Source of the DNA: Vermamoeba vermiformis
Taxonomy: Eukaryota
Length of the DNA: 64,000 bases
Direction of reading: 5' to 3'
Assembly: GCA_045837725.1 (NCBI GenBank)
Contig: JBEWZL010000236.1
Coordinates: 248,001 to 312,000 of the forward strand
Position numbers and translations under genes: made by a program
Notes under the pieces: generated by a model
What the model was told of the DNA's origin: nothing
Database searches by the model: none
Seen by the model: only the letters and a program-made list of their open reading frames with translations
Shown here: piece by piece, positions 27,286 to 39,681 of the stretch
Layout: each line of letters starts with the position of its first letter
Numbering within the stretch: position 1 is the stretch's first letter

Positions 27286-27483
27286 ATCAAGTGGGAAGAA
27301 CACCAAGATTCGCGATCAAACGCGAAATCATGATTTTACTATGATGGGTGGAATATATTTAGATTGGCGGTCAAATGCCGCTCGTTGCAATTATTCTAAA
27401 GTGGTGTTGATTCACTTTAATTACGTTGTGCTCGCGCAAGCACCAATCCTGCCTTAGCGCGCATTGTATCAACAATACATTAA

Positions 27484-30400
27484 TTAAATCGGTCCGATTT
27501 TATTTAATACACGAAGATTGAATGCGACATTAATTTCAATAAATAGCGGATACGGGATTTGCTTGAAGAATGGCTTTTTAACGACTTCCTCGTAGTTACT
27601 TACGATGTAGTTCAATATTTTGTCTTTAATCTTCTCTTCTCCTAACTCCGTAGCCATATCTAACAGCTCCAAACAGTTTTCAGTTGTCAATGAATTTCGC
27701 ACTGCGTATCCACAATGAATTACGAGCGGTAAGTGCTCCGTTGCGAGACCGAAATAAGCTGCAAAATAGCAACATACGTCAGTGTCAAGTTTAATTACGC
27801 TTCGGCGAACAAATTTAGCACACCCGGCCCGAAAAAAATTTGCACGCGTTTTTCAGATACTGCGCAATCGGAATAAATATTTCCGGCTTTAGACCGTATA
27901 AAACAAAACTGTACATTACCTGAGTTGACCAATATATACATGCAGTCGTAAGGATTCTTTAAGTGGCTTTGTTTGCCGGAGTAGAAATAACGGATCAAGC
28001 CTTTTGCTGCCTCGTAAGTTATGCCTTGTTTCTTATTAGGCCCTGGTATCTTAAGTACACCTAACATACGTATCAACATTAGTACCAGCGGGATATTATT
28101 ATCGTGGACGGAGTTCACAATGCAAAAGCTTTTTATCAGATCACAAAGTTTTAGTTACCCGAAGAGGCCTCCGCCATTCCAGACCTGAATAAAGCTGCAA
28201 AGAAGGCGCAACGCGTTGATAAAATTAATTTGTGACACCATATAAATCGATCTTCGACCTCGAGCTTGAAATCGCATTCCTAATTAGCTTACCGTTAATT
28301 TTGACATTTTAAATATAGTCCATATGTTGCAACAACATATTATTCATCGTAATTGCTACGTACCACTTGTTTAGTAAACAAACTATCCATATCTTTTGAC
28401 AGGGAAATGTTCGTCGTTACACCGAGCTCCCAAATCTGGTTTAGAGTCATCTCTTCACCGCTAATCTCCACCGATTCCTTAACGATGCTAGCAAATTGTT
28501 TATAGCCCAAGATGCGCGACTCAACTTGGTCAATTATCGCCCCATTCGATCCCGTCGTGTGTAAGTGTAACAAAACTCCACGGATCTGTCCCAAATATGA
28601 CTCATTAGCTACGCCTTATCGGAAAAATAGCAAGAAGAATCATATTAAAGCGACTAATGGCCGATAGTAACGCATATAATGTAACTGGATTTCAGATCCA
28701 AATTTAGATCCGTTGCCAATCAATCGGCCGATGTTTGATTGCTTACCACCGCTTCGAGTTCAAACTTTAAAGCTTCTTCTACGATAGTCACAGCGTCTCT
28801 AAGCCTGCAACGGAGAATTAAATTGGTATCGTGGCATCCAATCATCTAGGATTTAAATTGTTGTACGTACTGAAATACCAAAGCTAGGCGTCGAAAGCAA
28901 TGTTGTTTTAATAGGTCCAAGTTGAATAAGGTCGCCAACGCCAACAATCCGATCAGATCTTTGACACCGTCCACCGAATGTTCCGGCAACACTTCTCCAT
29001 AAATATAATTAATCAGGGCGTTAATGCTCTTGTCGCTAACAGGCAAGTCGTTGAATATATTATTAGCGTTCTTTCGTTCGAGCATTTTGGGGCATCTGGC
29101 CAGTAAGATCGGCGAGTGTAAAAACAACGTCTTCTTGTTGATAACTATTTGGACATTGGAGCTTTCTTTGCTTGCCAACAGTTTTAAAAAGTCTTTTCGT
29201 AGTAAAGCAGCTGTTGCTTGCCCGGGTGTGCCTAGAATGCGAATTTTCCAAATAAGGTAATTTGAATTTAAAACTCAAATCCGTACCACTCAACGCTGCG
29301 CAATGAGAAGAGACCGAGCTGATATGCGAGAATAGTACGTGCTCGTAACCTAAGATAGGTTTCGGTACTAAAGAGCTCTTCTCTGCTCCATGTCCAAGTT
29401 TGCCGTAGGCGCCGGATCCCCAAGTGTAGATTATACCTTCCTCTATAGATGCGGTTAGTATCAATTTCGATTAGATTATACATTAGTACTACGCACCTGT
29501 CAAAGCAAGGCTATGATATTTGGCAGCTACGATGCAGATAAAGGTCACGCTAGTTTTGATTTTTGTAGGTCTCAAGCATAAATTATAATTGCCGTGCCCT
29601 AATTGGCCGTAACTATTCTTGCCCCAGGTATATATCTCGCCCTCCTCTGCAGATACAAATCTTAAATTGTGGGAACGGACAGATCCAGAAATAGATCCAG
29701 CGGAAATATAGTGCGCGGAGGATTGAATGAAAAATATCTGCAATCTCGCTACTTACCAGACAATGCCATACTATGCGAATGACCAGCAGAGACTGCAGCG
29801 AAAGGCACGTAATTGAACCCTTCTATTTTAACCGGTGTAGCGACATTGGATGTGTTGTTATGGCCTAACCGACCATAAGCGCCGTACCCCCAGCTGTATA
29901 TCCGTCCATCCTCTATATTAAAATCAGATAAGTATCCATCAGGATCATTAGAATTAATCCGCTACAAATTGTTTATCAAAAGATTTTCAGAACGTAAACA
30001 AAATCAAATCAAAATTAAGGCAAGTAATTTACTGTAATATTATAGTTTACCCGTTAGCGCTAGAGAATGATAACTGCCGCAAGATACTTGAGTTATTTTG
30101 ACGTTGGATGGGAAGTTGAGTAGTCTCGGTTTGTAACAATCGTCCGTTCTACCAGTGCCTAATGCGTACCTCGCACCACAGCCCCACGCGTAGACTTGGC
30201 CTTTGTCTATTTTGAAAGAAATCTATTTTTAGTAACTTGTAGAAAGCAGTTCCATCTCGGACGGATGGATCTTGCAGATTGGACTCGAAGAAAGCATACC
30301 TGTAACAGCCATAGTATGCGATTTGCCCGATGATACAGAAACGATCCGCGTATGTTGGAGATCTAAGTCGAGATCTTTAGTTGGTTGAATTTTCCTTATT

Positions 30401-31313
30401 TAGAAGTACGGATAACCTCGCACGAGATTTCCGAATTCTTACCGCAGATTACGCGAGGTTTGTACTGACTAAATTCATCGCCGTGGCCTAAGCAGCCATG
30501 CGCTCCTAGACCCCAAGTATACACATGACCTTCTTCTGTAAATTGAAACCGTATTAGTAGCTGGAGCTATTATAGTAACGTGTAGGATTAGATTATGTGG
30601 CATGTATAGTTCAGCTGCGCGGAGATTTCGCAACTGAGTTAAAATGGATCGGCTAAATTAGTTCGTACGTGTAAGAGCAGCTGTATGAAAGTAGCCAACG
30701 GAGATTGCGCTAAATGTAACGTGCTGCAGGTCTTCTAATAGAGTGGGGATGAGCCGAGAGAACTTGTCGCCATGGCCTAGCCTAAAAATAGTCTCAGTAT
30801 TGGCTTGCCAAAAAAAGCGAGATCCGATCCGGTACACGTGATCAAAATCGTTCTTAGAATTGGCTTGTTGGGAAAATTAGTACGTACTTGCCATATTCTC
30901 CATCACCCCAAGTATAGAGTTGGCCCTTTTCTGTTCGATAGGTAATTTAGTAACTGTTTTCAGCATCTTCGTTACTGCGCGCAAATTACAATGGTTTCTT
31001 ACCGTTAATTGCAACGTTAAAATTAACGCCCGCGCCAATATGAGTAAATTTGATATTAAAATCCATTTTACGCGGCTGGTGAGCATCATGTTTCCAAGTT
31101 CCCAAACCGCCGTCCTTAGCACTGCCCCATGCAAACGCGGTGCCATCTGTAATTAACGGAAATCATATTTAATGTTTAATATTAAATTATTACGCGTAGA
31201 GCAAGTCAATTGATTGTAATTTACTTCAATCGAAAAGACCTTTTGGAAATTCAACAAAAATCGTGCATTAATTTTTAAAAATATAATGACCGCATACCTG
31301 GTACAGTGGTCAT
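27484..31313 (-). CDS. RCC1-repeat + BTB/POZ domain protein (RCBTB-like)
   Basis: Repeated YTWG.G.YG.LGHG exons; ISSVSSHCAALS; BTB motifs LHSPILLARCP and WCHKLILSTRCAFFAALF; LTTENCLELL. Confidence 0.9.
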
Positions 31314-31441
31314 AAATCCGTGACTATAACTATCATGTTCAGAGTGCGAAAAATCGGATTCGGAAATTGACGACTTTCGGATGATTGAGACTTCCATTTC
31401 GGTTAAACTATTCGTGTCATGTATTCTCTGGTGTCTTATTT

Positions 31442-31480
31442 AATGCATTTCATAATATTATGAAATGCATTTCATAATAT
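31442..31480. repeat. Two overlapping perfect palindromes (30 bp and 26 bp) in a divergent intergenic region
   Basis: AATGCATTTCATAAT|ATTATGAAATGCATT (31442-31471) and ATATTATGAAATG|CATTTCATAATAT (31455-31480). Confidence 0.9.
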
Positions 31481-31563
31481 GCGTTCATTAATTGCCAATT
31501 ATTTGAAAGAATCTTTTTTCAGCTAATTGCAATTTTACTCAACGATGCAAAAAATCGAACAGC

Positions 31564-33887
31564 ATGGAGCACCGTAGAATATTAGCCTATGGTCTCTTGT
31601 TACTCGCTTGGTACGTTAATTAGCATTATTGGATAGTTTTGGCTCGCATTAACTCGTCTGCTTAGCGTGCTAATTTGTAGAGGTGAATCTGAGCCAAGCA
31701 CGCAAGAAATCGAGAAAAAAATATTCACAACGAATGATTTATTAGAAGAAAAACAGCTAGAAGTTTTAGAATGGGAGGACGGGCCCGGATTTATTGATAA
31801 GGTAAATTTGTTTATCTTCCCTCAAAGTAAAACACGTCAAAAATATGGAAATATTTATTATTAATAATTATCGATATTTTTACTGGGATTTTTGACTGAG
31901 TATTTATTTTCTGAAATCGAATTTCGTTAATGAAAATATTCGGATCCCATTTTCTGACGTGGTCATCACAGTTACTCGCGAAAAGAGTGCCCGTAATATT
32001 AAAAAATTCACCTGCAACACAATGGGCGGCTGTAAAGACATGGAACCCGAAGCACATGGCCGAAAAAGCTGCGGTACGTCGAACACATCTGATCTACCTT
32101 CGTACACCATGACTAAGTGTCGTTATATGAAAATAGAAAGCTACAGGAGTTAAAATATACAATAAGCGAAAATTTCCAGTCGGCTGTTGCGAATTAAATC
32201 CAATGTCGCAAAAAGACTTTTGGGATCGAGTGGAAATGAGTCAGGAAGCAGGTACGTCATAGTTAATACGAACTAATATATCTAATATAATATTATGCGG
32301 TATTTGATAATATTAATGATATTGAAGCATATTCAAGAGTAAAATATTTTTCGGATCCAATGCACTTTTTGACATTGCCTTTATCTTTATAGGCGAGTAT
32401 ATGTACTTCAATGGCCAGGCACATATACTAGGCCCCGCTCTCGAAAAGGAAATAGGACCAAAATTTTTTATGGAGCGCGAGGGACGAATGACCAATGTGT
32501 GGATGGGCAACAAAGGCGCGACTGCACCATTGCATCACGATCCGTTTGAGAACTTTTTCGTGCAAGTCTACGGAACGTAAGTCATAGTATATAGTATACT
32601 AGTGATATACTCAACGGGACTTGCCTTTTTAGGAAAAAGTTCTACTTGTTTCCGCCATCAGAGCATCGCAATCTCTACGTACATCCCAAGACTCACGCGA
32701 TGCACAGACACGCACAAGTGGACATTGACGCGCCTGATCTTGAAAAATATCCCAAGTTAGAACACGCGAGGGGATTTACATTGTTGGTAGAGCCAGGCAC
32801 CGTGTTCTATTTACCACCGTTTTGGTTCCATCAAGTCGAGTCGTTGACTGACACGATTTCGATCAACACGTGGTACCCGTCGACTGTTGTGGTAAGCATT
32901 GTTATTGACAAGGCCTCTGTACAGTTTAACAAAGTCGCGTGTCACTCCAAGGCAACACCTATCACTCCAACACTTATGTTTGACACGTGTCATTTGTCGC
33001 TCAACGGCAAAACAGAAATTATTGACTGATGTGCGACAGTATAGGCCTCCTTATGCCCGTTCTATAGTACCAACTTTCTGAGAATTTTTGCTTTACAGGA
33101 ACAAATGGGCGAGGCTTGGGACGAAAACATGCCGTTCAATCCTGAATGGAGCGACGTCAATTTTGTCACGGCTGTCAAATACGTCATCAGCAAGATGATC
33201 GAAACAGTCTACCCTGGCGAGAATTCAGTGAAAGAGTTCATCGGCGAACTCGTTAGAACTCGATTCGTGCCACTGTACAAGAACTCTTCGGCCGTAGATT
33301 TATTGACTGGTACGTCCCATACCACATTTGACACCTGTCACACCTATAACTCGACCGTCCATTCGCATCAAAATCAGTTGATGCTAAAAATAGCTCACCC
33401 GGGTCAGCCTTTCGATGACACGTGTCAAATTAATGTTGCCTTCACTGTCCGAATTATGACCTTAATTTCATTGTAGGAGTGAATACCGTGAAAGATCCGC
33501 ATCTCCAAGTACATTTGCACGAACAACAAGAGCTCGATGCGAGTATTTTTGCACCGGCATTGAGGGACGAAGAATTCTGTGGCGGACCTCCTGACTTTAT
33601 TGAAGGCGAGAAGTCAGTGTTGAAAGAGTTCAAACGCGCTATTAAACGGTTGTCGGCTAAATTTAGCAACGCGCCAAAAGGTAACAAAGAAGAAAGTTTA
33701 TTTTTAATGTTTTTTAACGATTTTTTTTTGGTCAGATCTGCGAGACGTGCAAATGGAAGATTATATTGAAGATATGATAGGACAGGTACGATATCGATTT
33801 AACGTCCATATTAATATTTATTAACGAATCATTTATCAGACTGTCGGCGACCGAAAAGTGTTCAAGTTCCTGCAAGACTGTTTCTAG
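31564..33887 (+). CDS. JmjC/cupin-8 2OG-Fe(II) hydroxylase (FIH/JMJD5-like) with an N-terminal hydrophobic leader
   Basis: PVILKN..ATQWAAVKTW; NVWMGNKGATAPLHHDPFENFFVQVYG; FYLFPP; EPGTVFYLPPFWFHQVES..SINTW. Confidence 0.88.
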
Positions 33888-34053
33888 GACCGTAATTGAA
33901 CCTGTACGAGCATTTGTTGTGTAAATAATAAATTTGGGCTGAATTCTCGCCGAGATGGGACCTCATGTGAATCCACGGTCCAAATCCTCCACATTTTTGT
34001 TTGGATGTAACCAAAATTCGGTTACAATTTTTTTGAATCTTCAAGAATAAACC

Positions 34054-35701
34054 ATGGAGCAGTTGTTAGCTGAAGCTAAAGATGCTGGATTTCTAGAAGC
34101 CCTCGAAGAGCTGTTCAAGGACGGCGTTCTAAGCTTTGAAGAGTATCGACACAGAAAAGAGGCCCGGATGTCGAAGGTAAAAATTATCTGATGGTTCTAA
34201 TAAATAGTTTAATAATATCTAAATTGCAATTACGAATTTTCTACCTTAATATTCGATAGTAATGAAATAAATAATATTTTTTCCAGTAAATAGAATCTAA
34301 TTTTCTAACTTACGCTTGTACATTAGAAAAAACCAGATACTACAACTTTCAATACATTTGGAGGCAGTGCTAGTACCGTGGCGTTTGATGCTTCAAAATC
34401 AACAACGACGGATTTGGCAGCTTTTGATCTGCGCGCAGGTTCAACTCAAAGCACAACGGCTTCATTCGATGTCATTGCTAATTTTGATAAATTAACTATT
34501 GGAGGATCATCGACATTTCAACTCGGTACAAGTGCAACGACCCCCTGTGAGTCCAAAAAAAAAAAAGGATCGGATCCGATCTGACCCGCATTTTTTGCTA
34601 AGTGCCAAGTACTACATCCACATCTGGTTCGGAGACAGATGTTAATACGGCCATTCCAATGCCACTGCCAAGCAAACAAGCTGCTACCCAAGAGTACAAA
34701 ATTTGTTTGCTGGGTGACGCTGCAGTCGGCAAAACAACTTTCTTGCAAAGATTTCGCAGCGGAATATTTGGCGATGCTTATCAACGTATGCTATATATAC
34801 GAAAAATCAATGAATCTACTCACACGTCTCTTAGCTACGATAGGTTGTGAAGTACATCCGGTGACTTTTAACACGAATCAAGGACCAATCACAGTTCGAG
34901 TGTGGGACGTCGCTGGAGAAGAGAAATTTAGAGAATTACGCCAGGGATATTAGTAAGTCGCAGTGAGCCCCAATAGTATTATAATAATAGTATCAACGCA
35001 ACTGTGAAAAATATTGAGTGACACGTGTCATTTTTTTTTTCACGTGGCATTTGTCCCTGTTGAGTTATCTTGTAAAATTTGATATCAAATAGTGAATTAA
35101 TAAGATGTTTGTAGTATAAAAGCCGACGCGTTTATCATCATGTTCGATTTGACCAACAGATCGTCGTACAAAAATGTTCCGACTTGGTACAACGAGGCAG
35201 TTCGAGCAAGTAGTACTACTGCACCAATGGTCCTCGTGGGAAACAAATGTGATTGTAAAGACAGAAGGATTAAGCCGAAAATGATTATGTTTCATAGAAG
35301 AAAGGTACCTCGTTCATGGGATCTAGATCCGTCGTAAATTTTCATATTATTACATTATATTATATTATTTCTATATTAACCTTAGTCTTCATTTTCACAG
35401 AATATTCAGTACTATGAGCTGTCGGCCAGAGCTAACTACAACATCGAAAAACCGTTCTTGTATTTATTCAGAAAATTAAGAAAGTAAGTGTCATTCTTTT
35501 GAAAATGAATTATAGTTATTTAAATAGGCCTATTAATTATTAACTAAAAGTGCTAGTGACGTCAATTTGAGTTTTGTTGAGTCACCAGTGCTGCAACCGC
35601 CTTCTGTGCCGAACTCCATGCAAATGATGCAACAATACGAACACGAATTACTAACGAGCGTGACAGTTCCTCTGGAGGAGGATGATGACGATGAATTTTA
35701 A
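34054..35701 (+). CDS. Divergent Ran-like GTPase with N-terminal extension
   Basis: [85 protein letters not shown]; acidic C-terminus EEDDDDEF*. These are Ran-specific signatures. Confidence 0.9.
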
Positions 35702-35924
35702 TAAAACTTCATAGTTCAGTGAAAATGTAACCAGATCCGTGCACGATTTTGCAATTAGATCCGTTAGTTTTCTCATGATGTGAAGTAACGGAGTTTTGCG
35801 TCGCGTGTTGAGGGGTGGAAGATCAATTATATTATATCATATTATGTATTGTTATATAAAAGTGCAAATCTCACTTCGTGTAAGGTTCGGAGAAATTTCG
35901 ATCCAAGATCTGTTTTTTATGTAC

Positions 35925-37238
35925 TTATATTCGTTTGGCAATTTTAACGGCAGTCGCACTTCCCACCGCAACAATTTTGAACCACAATCTGCCTATACTA
36001 TTCAAATCGTCTATTAACAACTTCGTGTTTGATAACGGATCCGTCGTTCGTGAAAAATAATGCTTTTCTGCGTCTTTTTGATGTAAAATTTCTTCCTCGC
36101 AACAGTGTTCAAGTAACCTTAATATAATACGTCAGTATTGTGCCGAGCTTGTCGTGCAGATCCGATCGAGATCCACATCCAAAATTAGTTTCGCTACTGA
36201 GTTACGAAATAATGGAGCAATGGCCTTATTAAATATAAAGGGTCTTATTATAACATACCGTGTTAATTCTGGGAATGTTTTCGATGCGCGTAACGGTACA
36301 ATTTGCTCCATGTAATGTTTCTCGACAAAAATTTCGACTGCATTAATGGTAACGAATAACGCCCTATAATTTTGATAAATATAAGTATGTGGATATATAT
36401 AAATATTATCTATCGTCGTCTAGGTGGTACCTGGGTCCGAAAAAAAGTGTCGGAAATAAACCGAGCAAAAATCCAGCGAGTTTCCAAGGGCCTAATAATT
36501 TGCTTCGATGTTCTTTCGGCACTATTTCATTCATATAATCCAAGTGCTATATAATAACAAGAACGAGTCAATCGTGTTTCAATTTCTTTGCCGGATGTGG
36601 CTTAAAAAATTGACTTTGTTGCTTACCAATTGTTCAGCCTTCTCGTGCGTTAATATTAATTGAATAGCAGTATTCCATGATTTACTAGATAAAGCAAATC
36701 GTTCTAGAGATTTGAATCCTTTCACTTTCGCTTGCAATTCAGCTCCTTTCTTCGCACCTTTGTAAATCCACACCGCTCCGGTTTCCCCTGCATGGTCTAC
36801 AATTGACTGTTAAAACAATGCCATACATATTTAGTATTTTTATATGTGCCTGATCTTAGTTCGGCCCAAAGTGAAGGAGAAAAATTTACGGATTCGCTTT
36901 GGATGCGCTGTTTTGCTCGATCATTGAATTGATATGTCGTTTGATGGCGTGAAGTCGACTAATAGAGTATTTTGTTAATATTATATAACATATTCCAATT
37001 GATTTAGTACGGACTTAGACAGTCACGCGAGGTCAAAGGAGATCGCACGCAATTTATTTTTGAAAGTTAATTAAAAAATTTGCATTTGTTAAATTACGTC
37101 TACTATAGTAATATAAAACAGTTTTCAAGCACTTACGTAATTTTTAAAATTGACTGGAATATTTTGACATTTCTTAGTTAAAACTCTTCTGTTAGAAGTA
37201 GACGTGCAGTACCGAGACAAGGACCGCGATAATAACAT
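35925..37238 (-). CDS. COQ7-like (demethoxyubiquinone hydroxylase family) di-iron protein with a putative mitochondrial presequence
   Basis: VDHAGETGAVWIYKG; HEKAEQLHL; RSKLLGPWKLAGFLLG; AVEIFVEKHY; EEEILH; C-terminus VAVGSATAVKIAKRI*. N-terminus MLLSRSLSRYCTSTSNRR. Confidence 0.85.
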
Positions 37239-37421
37239 GCTGCTTTGTATTTACAATGTGAATAATAAATAAATTTAATAGACCTGTTGTGCCTGTTTGG
37301 CCGCTTTTCAAAGTCTAGAATTTTTTTTAAATCGAAGTTTGAAGCCTCCGAATTATAAATCGCTTGTATTGTGGGACAATAAATATGAGAAAAAATGTAA
37401 CAAGCACGTTTACATGGTACA

Positions 37422-39110
37422 CTAGGATATGATCGATGCTCGAAACAGGTACGGCATGGAGTCCAAAAGCTGATCTTCATTGTACACGATTCCATTGCCA
37501 GTAAAAATAGTTACAGTTTGCAGCGTGGTTAAGGCAGTTAAATGACATCCGGTGAAAGATGGCGAAGCTAAATCAATGTGCAGCGTCGTTAGATTCATGA
37601 ACGTTGTAAATGTCAATAATCTGTCGTCGTTATCAATGTACGGCAGCATTAGATTTTCCATATTAGTTAATGCGGCTAAATCGATCCAAAATTGCTCGTT
37701 ATCTCCTGCTATCTCCATGGAGGAATTTTCAATATGCAATTGCCTTAATCTTGTCAGATCCGATAAGAAGCGTTCTTTGTAGTATACGGGGAATAATGTT
37801 AATGCCTCTAAATTCGTCAATGCTTTAATTGTTTTTAAGGCTTTGTTCGTGCTCAGGCCAAATGTGATTTGTAAGTGCGTTAATTGTGACAGTTTGGCTA
37901 GATCTGGCATGTTCTCGATTTCAATATAACCCCCGCGCTTTTTGTCAATAACCAAGTCTTTCAAATGCACCAAATTTTCAACTTCTTTATAGCTTCCGTT
38001 ATAGTCCTCTCCTCTGTCAATGTACAACTTCGTCAGATTTGAAAAAATTGCTAAATGTTGGCTTCGATTGATAGAATGCAGTATGAGAGAATTCAAGTCG
38101 GTTAAATTGCTTAGATATTTCAGGTCTATTTCTGGGCCTTGTTGTCCTATTTTTAACTGTCGAAGTTGTGTCAGATCTCCTAACAAACATAATTGCGTTG
38201 GATCTATTTGAGAGGGTCCGTCGATGATTTGAAGATATCGTAATCTTTTTAAACTCGTCAATGATTCAATATTGCTTGTTGACCAGGCCTTGCAAGGACA
38301 AGTTAGCGTTAGTTTTGTCAGCCAGACGTTATTTTCAAAGACCGGCAAAAACTTGCAACCAACCGAACAACACTCTAACGATGTTAAATATCTAAGCTGT
38401 AGTGTATTTTCGCTACTGAAGTTGTTGTATTCAAATATTTTTAAATTCGTCAATTGCTTCCAGATCTCGCTGCCAGATTCGATGTTGCCTTGAAAGCTCA
38501 TTCGTAACGCAGTCAATCTTTCAGGTCTTTGTACTAGCGCAAATGGCCATGTATTTATCGTCTCAAAATTGAATGAAAAATCTACGCTGCGTAAATTTGG
38601 CAGGTTCTGCAAGATCGAAGTGAACGAACTTTGGTGACAAGCCCATTTTGTTAACTTTGGAAACGCTTTCCATAGCTGGGGTGGAAAGCCATCTTTATTG
38701 AACGTCATCTTCTGCCTAAAACGCTGGTGTACATATCGCCAGTCTTCCATGTTGGTTAATGTTGAAAGCTGCATCCATTGATCTTCCGTTGGTGCCGGAG
38801 ATCGGTTTAAAATGAGTCCATAATATCCGACATGGTTTAATTTCTTTAGATTTGTTAGCTTTGGCAACTGAAGAATCAGATCTAGATCGCTATACTTGGC
38901 TTTGCAAATACTGAGCTCGATCGGCCACGAATATTTTGATAATCGTTCAAAAATTATTGGAATATCTTCCGATTTTGTAAAATATAATTTAAATTCGTTG
39001 TATTTGATTGTATTGAACCATTTCGTGTTTGCGAGCCTCATCTGTCGTTTTGTCTTGTTGCCCATGAAGCTGACGATTAATAGCCATAAATCTTGAGGAA
39101 GATTATCCAT
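37422..39110 (-). CDS. Intronless F-box + leucine-rich-repeat protein
   Basis: MDNLPQDLWLLIVSFM (F-box-like start) followed by many LxxLTNLxxL repeats in one uninterrupted ORF. Confidence 0.85.
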   Translation of the reverse strand: MDNLPQDLWLLIVSFMGNKTKRQMRLANTKWFNTIKYNEFKLYFTKSEDIPIIFERLSKYSWPIELSICKAKYSDLDLILQLPKLTNLKKLNHVGYYGLILNRSPAPTEDQWMQLSTLTNMEDWRYVHQRFRQKMTFNKDGFPPQLWKAFPKLTKWACHQSSFTSILQNLPNLRSVDFSFNFETINTWPFALVQRPERLTALRMSFQGNIESGSEIWKQLTNLKIFEYNNFSSENTLQLRYLTSLECCSVGCKFLPVFENNVWLTKLTLTCPCKAWSTSNIESLTSLKRLRYLQIIDGPSQIDPTQLCLLGDLTQLRQLKIGQQGPEIDLKYLSNLTDLNSLILHSINRSQHLAIFSNLTKLYIDRGEDYNGSYKEVENLVHLKDLVIDKKRGGYIEIENMPDLAKLSQLTHLQITFGLSTNKALKTIKALTNLEALTLFPVYYKERFLSDLTRLRQLHIENSSMEIAGDNEQFWIDLAALTNMENLMLPYIDNDDRLLTFTTFMNLTTLHIDLASPSFTGCHLTALTTLQTVTIFTGNGIVYNEDQLLDSMPYLFRASIIS

Positions 39111-39516
39111 TATTATACTATAAGTAGCCGTTGTTGTGTAAAAGCAGGGTGGAATGAAAAAAGAAAAAAATCGAATCTTTTTAGAGCCCAGACCGCATTG
39201 CAACACTATTGAATATTCAAGGCAATTATTTAATATTATGGATATTATATGGCATGATTTATCCGGGTATTCGTCACCTTGAACAACAAAACAAAACGCA
39301 GATTAGCCTTGCAAGCACCAAGTTGTTCTGCATAATCAAATAATCGCTTTTCAGAAAATTATTTAGTACCATATGTGACAAAATTTAAGATATTACCGAC
39401 ATTATTGAGCGAGTATCATAATAGCGATCGGATCTTAGCACTTATTGCCTTACATGGACGACAGTAATACAAAATTAATAAGTAGCATTTATTCTCGATT
39501 TCAGTTATAGGAATTA

Positions 39517-39632
39517 TTTTTTTTTTATTAAATTTTTTTTTTTTTTTTTTTTTTTTATTTTTTTTTTTTGTCCTCCCTTTTTTTCTTCCGGGGGGGGAGG
39601 GATTTTTTTTTTTTTTTTTAAAAAAAAAAAAA
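39517..39632. repeat. Poly-T/poly-A low-complexity tract, probably low-quality sequence
   Basis: Long T runs interrupted by short G/C runs. Confidence 0.8.
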
Positions 39633-39681
39633 TAAAGTCTATAATATAACTAATTTGTATTTTTTTAAGTACAGATCTGCT

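Noticed and set aside
39517-39632. Poly-A tail of a retroelement or retrogene
   Set aside because: No target-site duplication or element body is visible. It lies upstream of the intronless F-box gene, so it cannot be that gene's tail. It resembles low-quality base calls.
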